A stretch of DNA of 64,000 nucleotides. Origin: Longimicrobiales bacterium. GTDB taxonomy: Bacteria; Gemmatimonadota; Gemmatimonadetes; Longimicrobiales; Gaopeijiaceae. The DNA lies in contig JAWLHJ010000004.1 in NCBI GenBank assembly GCA_041690395.1, positions 433,365-497,364 on the forward strand, in the 5' to 3' direction. Below are positions 1 to 7,744 of this stretch, piece after piece. Position numbers and translations under genes: made by a program. Numbering within the stretch: the first letter of the stretch is position 1; every line of letters starts with the position of its first letter. The notes below the pieces were generated by a model. That model saw only the letters and a list, made by a program, of their open reading frames with translations. It was not told the origin of the DNA and ran no database searches.

Positions 1-1112
1 AGATCTACGTCCAGATCCACGCGGATGACCTTGAAGGGAGCCAGGAACCCGTCCTCGATGCCTTCTTTCAATGAGTACGTGTAGATCGGCTCACCGAAGT
101 AGTGGATGTTCGAGACGTACTGCGTCTCCTTGGGCGTGGCAGTCAGCCCAAGCTGCGTAGCATCCGAGAAGTACTCCAGTATGTGCCGCCACTCCGAGTC
201 TTCCCTGGCGCTTCCCCGGTGGCACTCGTCAACGACGATGAGATCGAAGAAGTCCGGGTCGAACTTGTCGTAGATCGGCTCGCGCCCCTCTCCGCCCACA
301 ATGGCCTGATACAGAGAAAGGTAGATTTCGTAAGCGGTTTCGACCTTGCCGGTATTTGCGTCCACGAGCGAGCGATCCAACTTCACCATCGCCCCGCCGA
401 AGGGCTGGAAATCATTCGTGACGGCCTGATCGACGAGGATGTTGCGGTCAGCCAGGAACAGGATGCGCTTGGCTTGTTCCTGCTTCCAGAGGCGGTGGAT
501 GATTTGGAACGCGGTGAACGTCTTCCCGGTCCCGGTCGCCATCACCAGAAGACATCGCTTCTGCCCCTTGCTGATCGCCTCGACCGTGCGATTGATGGCG
601 ATCTGCTGATAGTACCGGGGCGTCTTCCATCCTAGGGCCGTGTAGTTCGGTCCGGTCACCGCCGGCTCGTGCTCCGGTCGAATCCCCCTCCACTCCTTGT
701 ACCGAGCCCACAACTCGTCGGGCGCCGGGAACGCGTCGAGTTCGAGGGTCCGCTCCACATCACCAGGAAGCCCCGTCCGATCGTGGAGGAGAAACCCCAT
801 TCCGTTGGATGAGATCGCGAACGGAGTATCGAGCTTTTGGGCATAATCGAGCGCCTGCTGCATCCCGTCGCCCAATGAGTGTTTGTGGTCTTTGGCTTCG
901 ACCACTGCGATGGGAAGATTCGGCTTGTAGAACAGGACATAGTCGGCCCGACGAGGCTTCTTCCGCGTGGCTATGTTCCCGCGAACCACGATCTGTCCGT
1001 CCGTGATCTGGTACTCGCGGCGGACGAGGACCTTGTCCCACCCCGCCGAATGAATGGCAGGAGTGATGAACTGATCGCAGACGTCGGCTTCCGACAGCGG
1101 CTTGGTGCTCAT
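1..1112 (-). CDS. hsdR: Type I restriction enzyme R subunit (EcoAI/EcoEI-like), 3' end outside the window
   Basis: Manual translation from ATG 1112: [20 protein letters not shown]...ADYVL...VVEAK (nuclease), [13 protein letters not shown] (Walker A), DECHRGSA (DEAD-like), GLTATP. Absent from the ORF track because it has no stop in the window. Confidence 0.93.
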   Translation of the reverse strand, partial: MSTKPLSEADVCDQFITPAIHSAGWDKVLVRREYQITDGQIVVRGNIATRKKPRRADYVLFYKPNLPIAVVEAKDHKHSLGDGMQQALDYAQKLDTPFAISSNGMGFLLHDRTGLPGDVERTLELDAFPAPDELWARYKEWRGIRPEHEPAVTGPNYTALGWKTPRYYQQIAINRTVEAISKGQKRCLLVMATGTGKTFTAFQIIHRLWKQEQAKRILFLADRNILVDQAVTNDFQPFGGAMVKLDRSLVDANTGKVETAYEIYLSLYQAIVGGEGREPIYDKFDPDFFDLIVVDECHRGSAREDSEWRHILEYFSDATQLGLTATPKETQYVSNIHYFGEPIYTYSLKEGIEDGFLAPFKVIRVDLDVD

Positions 1113-1520
1113 TGGCCACCGACCTCGGGAGCGATCACCGATGCGGTCCGAGCCAGCGGGGAGAGATCATGCGGGCGCGGAGAGCAGACGAGCAAACAGG
1201 AGAAGTGCGCCGATGGCGGGGGCGAGAGGATCGCGGGCGCAGGTGGAACCTCCTTAGCGTGTGCCTCGGGACAGTGGGATTGGTGGATGCAGGGATAAGC
1301 GCGGGGGCATCGACCCGCAACCTACTCGGATCCTACGACAGTGCATCCCGAGCCGAGACTGCTTGAATGGGGGCGGTGGTCTCGACGGCGACGCCGCGTC
1401 CAACCCCCACCGGCAGGAGATTAGCAGCCGCTTGTGCACGCCCCGTGCACGGCTTTTCCGACGGCGCACCTGGGCCGGACCAACCGCCTTCTAAGATGCT
1501 ACCCTGAAAGTACTTAAGAG

Positions 1521-1595
1521 TGGGCGCTGAGGGACTCGAACCCCCGACCCCCTGCTTGTAAGGCAGGTGCTCTAACCAAGCTGAGCTAAGCGCCC
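1521..1595 (-). tRNA. tRNA-Val(TAC)
   Basis: Reverse complement GGGCGCTTAGCTCAGCTTGGTTAGAGCACCTGCCTTACAAGCAGGGGGTCGGGGGTTCGAGTCCCTCAGCGCCCA folds as a cloverleaf with TAC anticodon; no encoded CCA. Confidence 0.96.
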
Positions 1596-1744
1596 GACGT
1601 ACCGCCAATCTGGCCCCACGCTCCGGAGAACAGCAGGGCGGTTCCCGGCTCGCGTCCGAACGAAGGGAACCGCCCCGTGTCAGTCTCCGACCATGTCGGC
1701 CGACGGGTAGCAATGTGATCGCCTGCTCGACCCCGGTCAACCAA

Positions 1745-1777
1745 CGGGAGCGTGCGTCACGGGACGTCGGAAGCCAC
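1745..1777 (+). repeat. 33-bp direct repeat, copy 1
   Basis: CGGGAGCGTGCGTCACGGGACGTCGGAAGCCAC; 30/33 identical to 3538-3570. Confidence 0.85.
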
Positions 1778-1921
1778 GAACGGGGGGCCCACATCTCCTG
1801 GCGGAACGGAAGAGTCTATGGGGCCTTCCGGAGCTAGCCGAGCTGGGCGGCGACCGGTGGACCCGGTCATCGGGAGAGCAGTCACGCGCCTCTTCGCCGT
1901 GAGAAAAGTATCGCAGAGGGG

Positions 1922-1940
1922 GGGACTTGCTGCCAGGCCC
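1922..1940 (+). promoter_or_regulatory. RAE-like (rifamycin-associated element) imperfect 19-bp palindrome
   Basis: GGGACTTGCTGCCAGGCCC matches 16/19 to the RAE consensus as I recall it (GGGGCTTGCGGCAAGGCCC). It lies about 65 bp upstream of a Rox-like gene, with a -10-like TAGCGT at 1952-1957. Confidence 0.5.
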
Positions 1941-2004
1941 TCCGGGCGCGGTAGCGTACGTCGTCGAAATTGCCGGATCCGAACCGACGATGGAGCGAAG
2001 ACCC

Positions 2005-3519
2005 ATGGGAACAGAGCAAGAAAGAGATCATGCCGTCGTGATCGTCGGAGGTGGACCGACCGGGCTCATGCTCGCGGGCGAGCTGGCCCTGGCAGGCGTG
2101 GACGTGGTCGTCCTCGAGCGCCGGCCGGATCAAACGCTCTTCGGCTCGCGAGCGCTCGGGATCTCCTCCCGCACGATCGAGGTCCTCGATCAGCGTGGCA
2201 TCGCGGACCGATTTCTCTCGGCGGGGCAAGCCGCACAGGTGACGGGATTCGCGTTCACCCGCTTGGACATCAGCGACTTCCCGACACGCCACAACTACGG
2301 CCTGGCGCTCCGGCAGAAGCATACCGAGCGCATCCTTGCGGAATGGGTCGCCGAGCTCGGGGTACCCATCCTCTACGGTCATGACGTCGCGGGCTTCATC
2401 CAGGACACCACGGGGGTCCACGTGACCCTCGCCGACGGTGGGTCGCTCCGCTCGCAATACCTCGTCGGCTGCGATGGTGGACGCAGCCTCGTTCGGCGAA
2501 CCGCTGGCATCGATTTCCCTGGCTGGGATGCGACGATCAGTCACATCCTCGCGGAAGTCGAGATGACGGAGTCGCCGCCGTACGGAGTGCACCGTTCGGC
2601 CGCCGGCGTCCATGCTTTCGGTAGGGAGGAGTACGAGATCATAGACGGTGAGATCGTCTACAAGGAGGTGGGCCCCGTCGGCGTCATGGTCACCGAGCCG
2701 GGCGTGGACTCATCCGGCGCACCGACGCTGCAGGATCTCAAGACGTTGCTCGTGGCCGCGTGCGGAACGGATTACGGGGTCCACAACCCGACCTGGATCT
2801 CCAGGTTCACGGACATGACGAGGCAGGCTGCGAACTACCGTCGGGGGCGCGTGCTTCTTGCCGGCGATGCCGCGCACGTCCACTCGCCCATCGGCGGTCA
2901 GGGGCTGAGCACGGGCATTCAGGACGCCGTGAATCTCGGGTGGAAGCTCGCTCAGGTGATCCAGGGCACGTCACCCGATAGCCTGCTCGATACGTACCAC
3001 GACGAGCGCCACCCGGTTGGTGCGCGAGTACTCAAATCCACCATGGCTCAGGTCGCCCTCCACCGGGAGGACGATCGCACGGCTGCGGCACGCGAGATCC
3101 TGGGTGACGTGCTCCAGATGGACGAGCCGCGCAAACACATCGCCGGGATGATGTCGGGCCTGGACATCCGTTACGAGCTGGGGCGAGGACACCCGCTGCT
3201 GGGGCGGCGCATGCCCGACCTCGATATCGATACCAAGGGTGGTCGGTGTCGTGTGTTCGACCTTCTACACAGGGCCCAGCCGGTCCTACTCGACCTCGAC
3301 GCCACCCGCACGATCGACATCAACCCGTGGTCGGATCGCGTTCAGCACGTCCATGCGAAATACAAGGGGGAGTGGGAGTTGCCGGTGATCGGCGAAGTCC
3401 GCTCACCCACAGCGGTGCTCGTCCGACCGGATGGCCACGTCGCGTGGGTGGCAGAAGGAGCTGAAACCGACCTCAGGAGCGCCCTTGCCACTTGGTTCGG
3501 GCCGCCCGCCGGGAACTGA
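2005..3519 (+). CDS. FAD-dependent aromatic monooxygenase, rifampin monooxygenase (Rox/Iri)-like
   Basis: GGGPTG dinucleotide motif, LVGCDGGRS, AGDAAHVHSPIGGQGLSTGIQDAVNLGWKLA, C-terminal LVRPDGHVAW. ATG 2005 chosen because GGAG precedes it. Confidence 0.85.
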   Translation: MGTEQERDHAVVIVGGGPTGLMLAGELALAGVDVVVLERRPDQTLFGSRALGISSRTIEVLDQRGIADRFLSAGQAAQVTGFAFTRLDISDFPTRHNYGLALRQKHTERILAEWVAELGVPILYGHDVAGFIQDTTGVHVTLADGGSLRSQYLVGCDGGRSLVRRTAGIDFPGWDATISHILAEVEMTESPPYGVHRSAAGVHAFGREEYEIIDGEIVYKEVGPVGVMVTEPGVDSSGAPTLQDLKTLLVAACGTDYGVHNPTWISRFTDMTRQAANYRRGRVLLAGDAAHVHSPIGGQGLSTGIQDAVNLGWKLAQVIQGTSPDSLLDTYHDERHPVGARVLKSTMAQVALHREDDRTAAAREILGDVLQMDEPRKHIAGMMSGLDIRYELGRGHPLLGRRMPDLDIDTKGGRCRVFDLLHRAQPVLLDLDATRTIDINPWSDRVQHVHAKYKGEWELPVIGEVRSPTAVLVRPDGHVAWVAEGAETDLRSALATWFGPPAGN

Positions 3520-3537
3520 GCTAGCGTCAGTCTCCAG

Positions 3538-3570
3538 CGGGAGCGTGCGTCATGGGACGCCGGAAGTCAC
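3538..3570 (+). repeat. 33-bp direct repeat, copy 2
   Basis: CGGGAGCGTGCGTCATGGGACGCCGGAAGTCAC, starting 19 bp after the monooxygenase stop. Confidence 0.85.
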
Positions 3571-3610
3571 ATTCCGGGAGCAAGGGTTCGGGCCGACAGG
3601 AGGCGCTACA

Positions 3611-4384
3611 ATGCATCGGATCATCGCGGTATCCGCTCTGTGGGCGGTCTTCGCAGCCTTCCCGCTTTCTGGACACGCTCAGACCATCGTGCCGAGCGAG
3701 AACCGATCGGCCATCGAGTTGTATCTCGTTCTGGACCCGCTACAGGACGAGAACACCGCGGTGTTCCGCTGGGTGGATGGGAGGGGGAGGCTGGTGCTTC
3801 ACCCGAGCGTCGGCGCATTCGGTCTCAGGTCGGCGTTGCGGCGCCTCGGACGATACGCCCGGAGCGACAACCCCGACTGGCAACCCGTGGACGATCCCGT
3901 GGTGCTTCCCGTGGACCGGCCTCCGCACGGATACGAACGTGAGCCGGCCGAGTATTGGGATCGCTTGATCGCCGCGACGCCCATCGAAATGAAGGGTCAT
4001 CGCGTACCCGTGAGGGTCGATAGCACGCGGTTCGGGATTTCGAAGCGGCGCTACCAGGTGCCTCCGGTTCCCCCGGACACCGTGCCGGCGTCGTTCGACG
4101 AAGACGCCGCGTTCGTTTCAGACGGCAACATGTCGCAGATATCCACGACGATCCTGGCCGTTCACTTCGCGTACGGGGCCACCCTGGCGGAGAAGCAGGA
4201 GGCGGTCGATCTGATCGCTGGGCGGGTGATCGGCGGCGTGGCCGTCGGCGAGGGAGGGATCTACTACATCCAGGTCGAAGGAGATGGCACCATCGCGACG
4301 ATCGACTCGATCGCCGCCGTCCTTCGAGCACTCCCGACTGTCGCGAGCGCATACCCGGAGCGGATCCTGCCGATCGGCCGGTGA
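3611..4384 (+). CDS. Secreted hypothetical protein; C-terminal part resembles a subtilase prodomain
   Basis: AGGAGG RBS, signal peptide MHRIIAVSALWAVFAAFPLSGHA, stop overlaps the GTG of the next ORF. Confidence 0.65.
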   Translation: MHRIIAVSALWAVFAAFPLSGHAQTIVPSENRSAIELYLVLDPLQDENTAVFRWVDGRGRLVLHPSVGAFGLRSALRRLGRYARSDNPDWQPVDDPVVLPVDRPPHGYEREPAEYWDRLIAATPIEMKGHRVPVRVDSTRFGISKRRYQVPPVPPDTVPASFDEDAAFVSDGNMSQISTTILAVHFAYGATLAEKQEAVDLIAGRVIGGVAVGEGGIYYIQVEGDGTIATIDSIAAVLRALPTVASAYPERILPIGR

Positions 4385-4419
4385 AACGCGAGCCGCCCAC
4401 GACCCCGGAGCCCCACGCC

Positions 4420-4980
4420 ATGCGCCCCCTCCTCTACTCCATCAACATCACCCTGGACGGCTGCTGCGATCATCGGGCCGCCGCGACGGACGAGGAGCTG
4501 CACCGTCACCATACCGAGAACCTCCAGAAGGCCGACGCCCTCCTCTGTGGCCGGGTGATCTACCAGATGATGGAGGAGGCATGGCGGGAGCCGGCGGAGA
4601 CGGGCGTGATCCCCGATTGGATGGAGCCATGGATGGAGCCCTTCGCCCGGGTGATCCATGCGAAGAAGAAGTACGTCGTCTCGAGCACCCTGGAGGGTGT
4701 CGACTGGAACGCGGAGCTCGTACGCGGAGATCTGGCGAGCACCGTCGAGCAGCTCAAACGGGAGCCCGGCAACGGGCTGATCGTGGGAGGCGTCACGCTA
4801 CCGCTGGCGTTGGCGGAGCTCGGCTTGATCGATGCGTACGAGTTCGTGGTGCATCCCAACCTGGCGGGCCACGGTCCGACGCTGCTCTCGGGGCTGTCGA
4901 ACCATGTCGACCTTGAGTTCGTGGGCCGGAAGGAGTTCGAGTCGGGAGCGGTGGCCATGCGGTACCGCCCGAGAGGCTAG
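4420..4980 (+). CDS. Dihydrofolate reductase-like / RibD C-terminal domain protein
   Basis: SINITLDG, ALLCGRVIY, KKYVVSSTL, LIDAYEFVVHP..AGHG pattern. Confidence 0.88.
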   Translation: MRPLLYSINITLDGCCDHRAAATDEELHRHHTENLQKADALLCGRVIYQMMEEAWREPAETGVIPDWMEPWMEPFARVIHAKKKYVVSSTLEGVDWNAELVRGDLASTVEQLKREPGNGLIVGGVTLPLALAELGLIDAYEFVVHPNLAGHGPTLLSGLSNHVDLEFVGRKEFESGAVAMRYRPRG

Positions 4981-5477
4981 CGGTCGGCTTCGATTCCCTC
5001 CCCGGCCAGCGCGGCCTCGATCTGGGCCATATCGATCTTCTTCATGGTCATCATCGCATCGAAGGCGCGCTTGGCGGCCGCCCGGTCGGGGTGGGTCGTC
5101 GCCTCGATCAGCACACGCGGGGTGATCTGCCACGAGATGCCCCACTTGTCCTTGCACCACCCGCACTCGCTTTCCTGGCCACCGTTGTCGATCACCGCGC
5201 GCCAGAGCCGGTCGGTCTCTTCCTGATCGTCCGTGTAGACCTGGATCGAGAACGCTTCATCGTGGGTGAACGCGGGGCCGCCGTTGAGGCCGAGGCACGG
5301 GATCCCGCAGACGGTGAACTCGACCGTCAGCACGTCGCCTTCCTTCCCGCTCGGGTTATCGCCCGGCGCGCGGTGGACGGCGCCGATGGAGCTGTCGGGG
5401 AAGGTCGCGGCGTAGAACCGTGCGGCCTCCTCGGCCCCACGGTCGTACCAGATGCAGATCGCGGCTTTGTGGCTCAT
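4977..5477 (-). CDS. VOC family (PhnB / 3-demethylubiquinone-9 3-methyltransferase-like) protein
   Basis: AEEAARFY, LGLNGGP.F, CGWCKDKWGISWQITP, AMMTMKKID; GAGGAGG RBS. Confidence 0.9.
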   Translation of the reverse strand: MSHKAAICIWYDRGAEEAARFYAATFPDSSIGAVHRAPGDNPSGKEGDVLTVEFTVCGIPCLGLNGGPAFTHDEAFSIQVYTDDQEETDRLWRAVIDNGGQESECGWCKDKWGISWQITPRVLIEATTHPDRAAAKRAFDAMMTMKKIDMAQIEAALAGEGIEADR

Positions 5478-5575
5478 TGTCATCCTCCTCGGGTCCATGA
5501 TAGGGTCTCACTCGATTGTCGATCGACGCACCGCCGATTCGACAATGCCCTCCCACCTACCCACCGAGAGCGCCC

Positions 5576-5947
5576 ATGAAGTTCCTCGTGTTGCTGTACG
5601 CCGAGCCCGATGCCTGGCCTCCCGACGAGCATCAGGAAGCCCTCGCCGAATCCGTGGACCTCTGCCACGAGCTGCACGGCAAGCGGCAGTATGTCTCCGC
5701 GGCGCCGCTCCAGCCGGTCACGACGGCCGTCAGCGTCCGCGTCCGTGACGGCAAACGCATCGTCACGGACGGGCCCTTCGCCGAAACGAAGGAGCACCTC
5801 GGCGGCTACTTCCTCATCGACGTCGCCAGCCTCGACGAGGCGATCGAGATCGCCTCCCGGATTCCGGGCGCGCGTCGGGGAACGGCCGAGATTCGCCCCA
5901 TCGTGGAGCTGCCGGACCTTCCGGACACCGGGGCCGGGTCGACGTGA
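5576..5947 (+). CDS. YciI family (DGPFAETKE) protein
   Basis: VTDGPFAETKEHLGGYFLI signature. Confidence 0.9.
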   Translation: MKFLVLLYAEPDAWPPDEHQEALAESVDLCHELHGKRQYVSAAPLQPVTTAVSVRVRDGKRIVTDGPFAETKEHLGGYFLIDVASLDEAIEIASRIPGARRGTAEIRPIVELPDLPDTGAGST

Positions 5948-6005
5948 GGCGAACCGATCCGCGACCCAGGCTTCGACGACGGGCGCGAGCGGGCGGCCGG
6001 AGGCC

Positions 6006-6524
6006 TCACCCCATCGTCTTCACGTACTCCACCATCTGATCGAGCACCGTGCCCCACCCGTCGTAGAAGCCCATCTCCTCGTGCTTCGCGCGCGCCTCGG
6101 GGTCACCGTGGATGGCGCGGGCCACGTAACGCGTGCCCGAGCCCTCGGGCTCCATCGTGACGACGGCCGTGAAGAACGGCTCGGCGGATGGCCGGTAGCC
6201 GGGGCCCAGCGCGTCCGTCCACACCAGGCGCCGGTTCTCGACGACCTCGAGGTAGCAGCCGGGGGAGCTCGGCATGACCTCGCCCTCGGGGTTCCGCATG
6301 GCGACCCGGAAGACGCCGCCCGGTCGCAGGTCGATCTCGACCTCCGCGATGCTCCACGGACGCGGGACGAACCATTCCTTGAGATGCTCGGGGCGGGTCC
6401 AGGCCTTCCAGACCAGTTCGGGGGGCACGTCCACCACACGCTCGAGCACGAGATCGCGCTCCGGGTCGTGGTCGGCGGGAAGCTCCGCCCCTCCGGTCCG
6501 ATGTCCGTCCGCTCGCTGGATCAT
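6006..6524 (-). CDS. SRPBCC/AHSA1 family protein
   Basis: [36 protein letters not shown] overlap with the arsR-like gene. Confidence 0.9.
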   Translation of the reverse strand: MIQRADGHRTGGAELPADHDPERDLVLERVVDVPPELVWKAWTRPEHLKEWFVPRPWSIAEVEIDLRPGGVFRVAMRNPEGEVMPSSPGCYLEVVENRRLVWTDALGPGYRPSAEPFFTAVVTMEPEGSGTRYVARAIHGDPEARAKHEEMGFYDGWGTVLDQMVEYVKTMG

Positions 6525-6877
6525 GGGCTTTCCTCGTCGTCGGGTGCGCGGTCGCGCAGTTGAAGGAGATAGTCGTCGAGCCGGTCGAGACGTCCGGTCC
6601 ACAAGGCTCGCTGGGCTCCGAGCCATCCCTCGGCTTCGGCCAGCGCCGTGGGCGCGAGGCGGTAGGTCCGCACCCTGCCCTCCTTCGTCGAGTCGACGAG
6701 GCCTCCCGACTCCAGCACGCCGAGGTGCTGCATGAACGACGGGAGCGCCATGTCGAACGGCTCGGCGAGCTCGCTGACGGACGCGGGCCCACGGGATAGC
6801 CGCTCGACCACCGCCAGGCGCGCGGGGTGGGAGAGTGCGTGGAAGACGCGATCCAGCTCGGGACGTCGTATAGCCAT
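6521..6877 (-). CDS. ArsR/SmtB family transcriptional regulator (SRPBCC-associated)
   Basis: [36 protein letters not shown] winged-HTH pattern. Confidence 0.9.
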   Translation of the reverse strand: MAIRRPELDRVFHALSHPARLAVVERLSRGPASVSELAEPFDMALPSFMQHLGVLESGGLVDSTKEGRVRTYRLAPTALAEAEGWLGAQRALWTGRLDRLDDYLLQLRDRAPDDEESP

Positions 6878-6926
6878 ATACCTAAGTATTGCGACACACG
6901 ACGGGTAGGTCAATGCCTAACTATTG
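6878..6926 (-). promoter_or_regulatory. sigma70-type promoter with duplicated operator-like motif for the ArsR gene
   Basis: Minus strand TTGACC (6913-6908), 17-bp spacer, AATACT (6890-6885). Two copies of CAATA(G/C)TTAGG(C/T)AT at 6878-6891 and 6913-6926. Confidence 0.6.
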
Positions 6927-6966
6927 GCCGAGCCGGGCGCACGTAACACGCGCGGGCCATCCCGCT

Positions 6967-7074
6967 CAGAAACACATGTTTCTGCCGACCCGAGGCACTT
7001 TTTTCCTGCTTTTGCGCCGATTCACGGCTGGAAACGCATGTTTTTGAGCTTTCGGGCGTGGCGCGTGGGTTGCT
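6967..7074 (+). promoter_or_regulatory. Putative sigma54 (-24/-12) promoter with upstream palindromic activator sites
   Basis: TGGCGCGTGGGTTGCT at 7059-7074 (GG-N10-GC). Palindrome CAGAAACACATGTTTCTG at 6967-6984 and related GGAAACGCATGTTTTT at 7030-7045. Confidence 0.6.
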
Positions 7075-7110
7075 CCGAACGGGGCATTCACCTCAACAGG
7101 AGGACTCGTC

Positions 7111-7659
7111 ATGTCCCGTTCCATCGTCATGGCACTCGCGCTCGTGGCGGCACTGGTCGTCGCTCCGCAGCACGCGGACGCCCAGGCGCCCCAGACGCGT
7201 GAGGGCTTCTTCATCGGCTTCGGCCTCGGTGGCGGCTCGTTCGGGTGTGCCGACTGTGGAGACCGTCAGTCGGGCATCAGCGGTCAGCTCAACCTCGGCG
7301 GCGCGCTCAGCGACCAGCTGCTGCTCGGCGTGCTGTCCAGCGGATGGACCAAGGAAGAGGGCGGCGCCCGGCTCACGCACGCCAACGTCAGCGCCATGCT
7401 CCAGTACTATCCGTCGCCGGCATCGGGGCTCTACCTCCGGGGCGGCGTGGGCTTCTCGACCCTCGAGGTCAGCGCGTCGAGCGGCGGGCTCACGTTGAGC
7501 GGAAGCGAGAGCGGCCTCGGCGTCTCGGCGGGCCTCGGCTACGACATCCGCACGGGTAGCAACTTCTCCGTCAGCCCCTACGGCGTCTTCCAGTGGGGTG
7601 ATTTCGACGGCGGGAGCGCGAACACCATCCAGATCGGCCTCGGCGTGCAGTGGCATTGA
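7111..7659 (+). CDS. Outer membrane beta-barrel protein (OmpA/OmpW-like, probably 8-stranded)
   Basis: GGAGG RBS, signal peptide, alternating Gly/aromatic strands, C-terminal QIGLGVQWH. Confidence 0.8.
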   Translation: MSRSIVMALALVAALVVAPQHADAQAPQTREGFFIGFGLGGGSFGCADCGDRQSGISGQLNLGGALSDQLLLGVLSSGWTKEEGGARLTHANVSAMLQYYPSPASGLYLRGGVGFSTLEVSASSGGLTLSGSESGLGVSAGLGYDIRTGSNFSVSPYGVFQWGDFDGGSANTIQIGLGVQWH

Positions 7660-7669
7660 TCCGGCCCAG

Positions 7670-7714
7670 ACCCGGCATCCGCTCCGTCCTCGCATGGACG
7701 GACGGGTGCCGGGT
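7670..7714. terminator. GC-rich hairpin between convergent genes
   Basis: ACCCGGCATCCG-C-TCCGTCC...GGACGGA-CGGGTGCCGGGT; no clear U-tract. Confidence 0.5.
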
Positions 7715-7744
7715 GCGGTCCGAGCCCGCGCCGCGCATTCCCCC

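Noticed and set aside
102..1298. Plus-strand ORFs 102-635 and 879-1298
   Set aside because: They are antisense shadows of hsdR, which occupies the minus strand.
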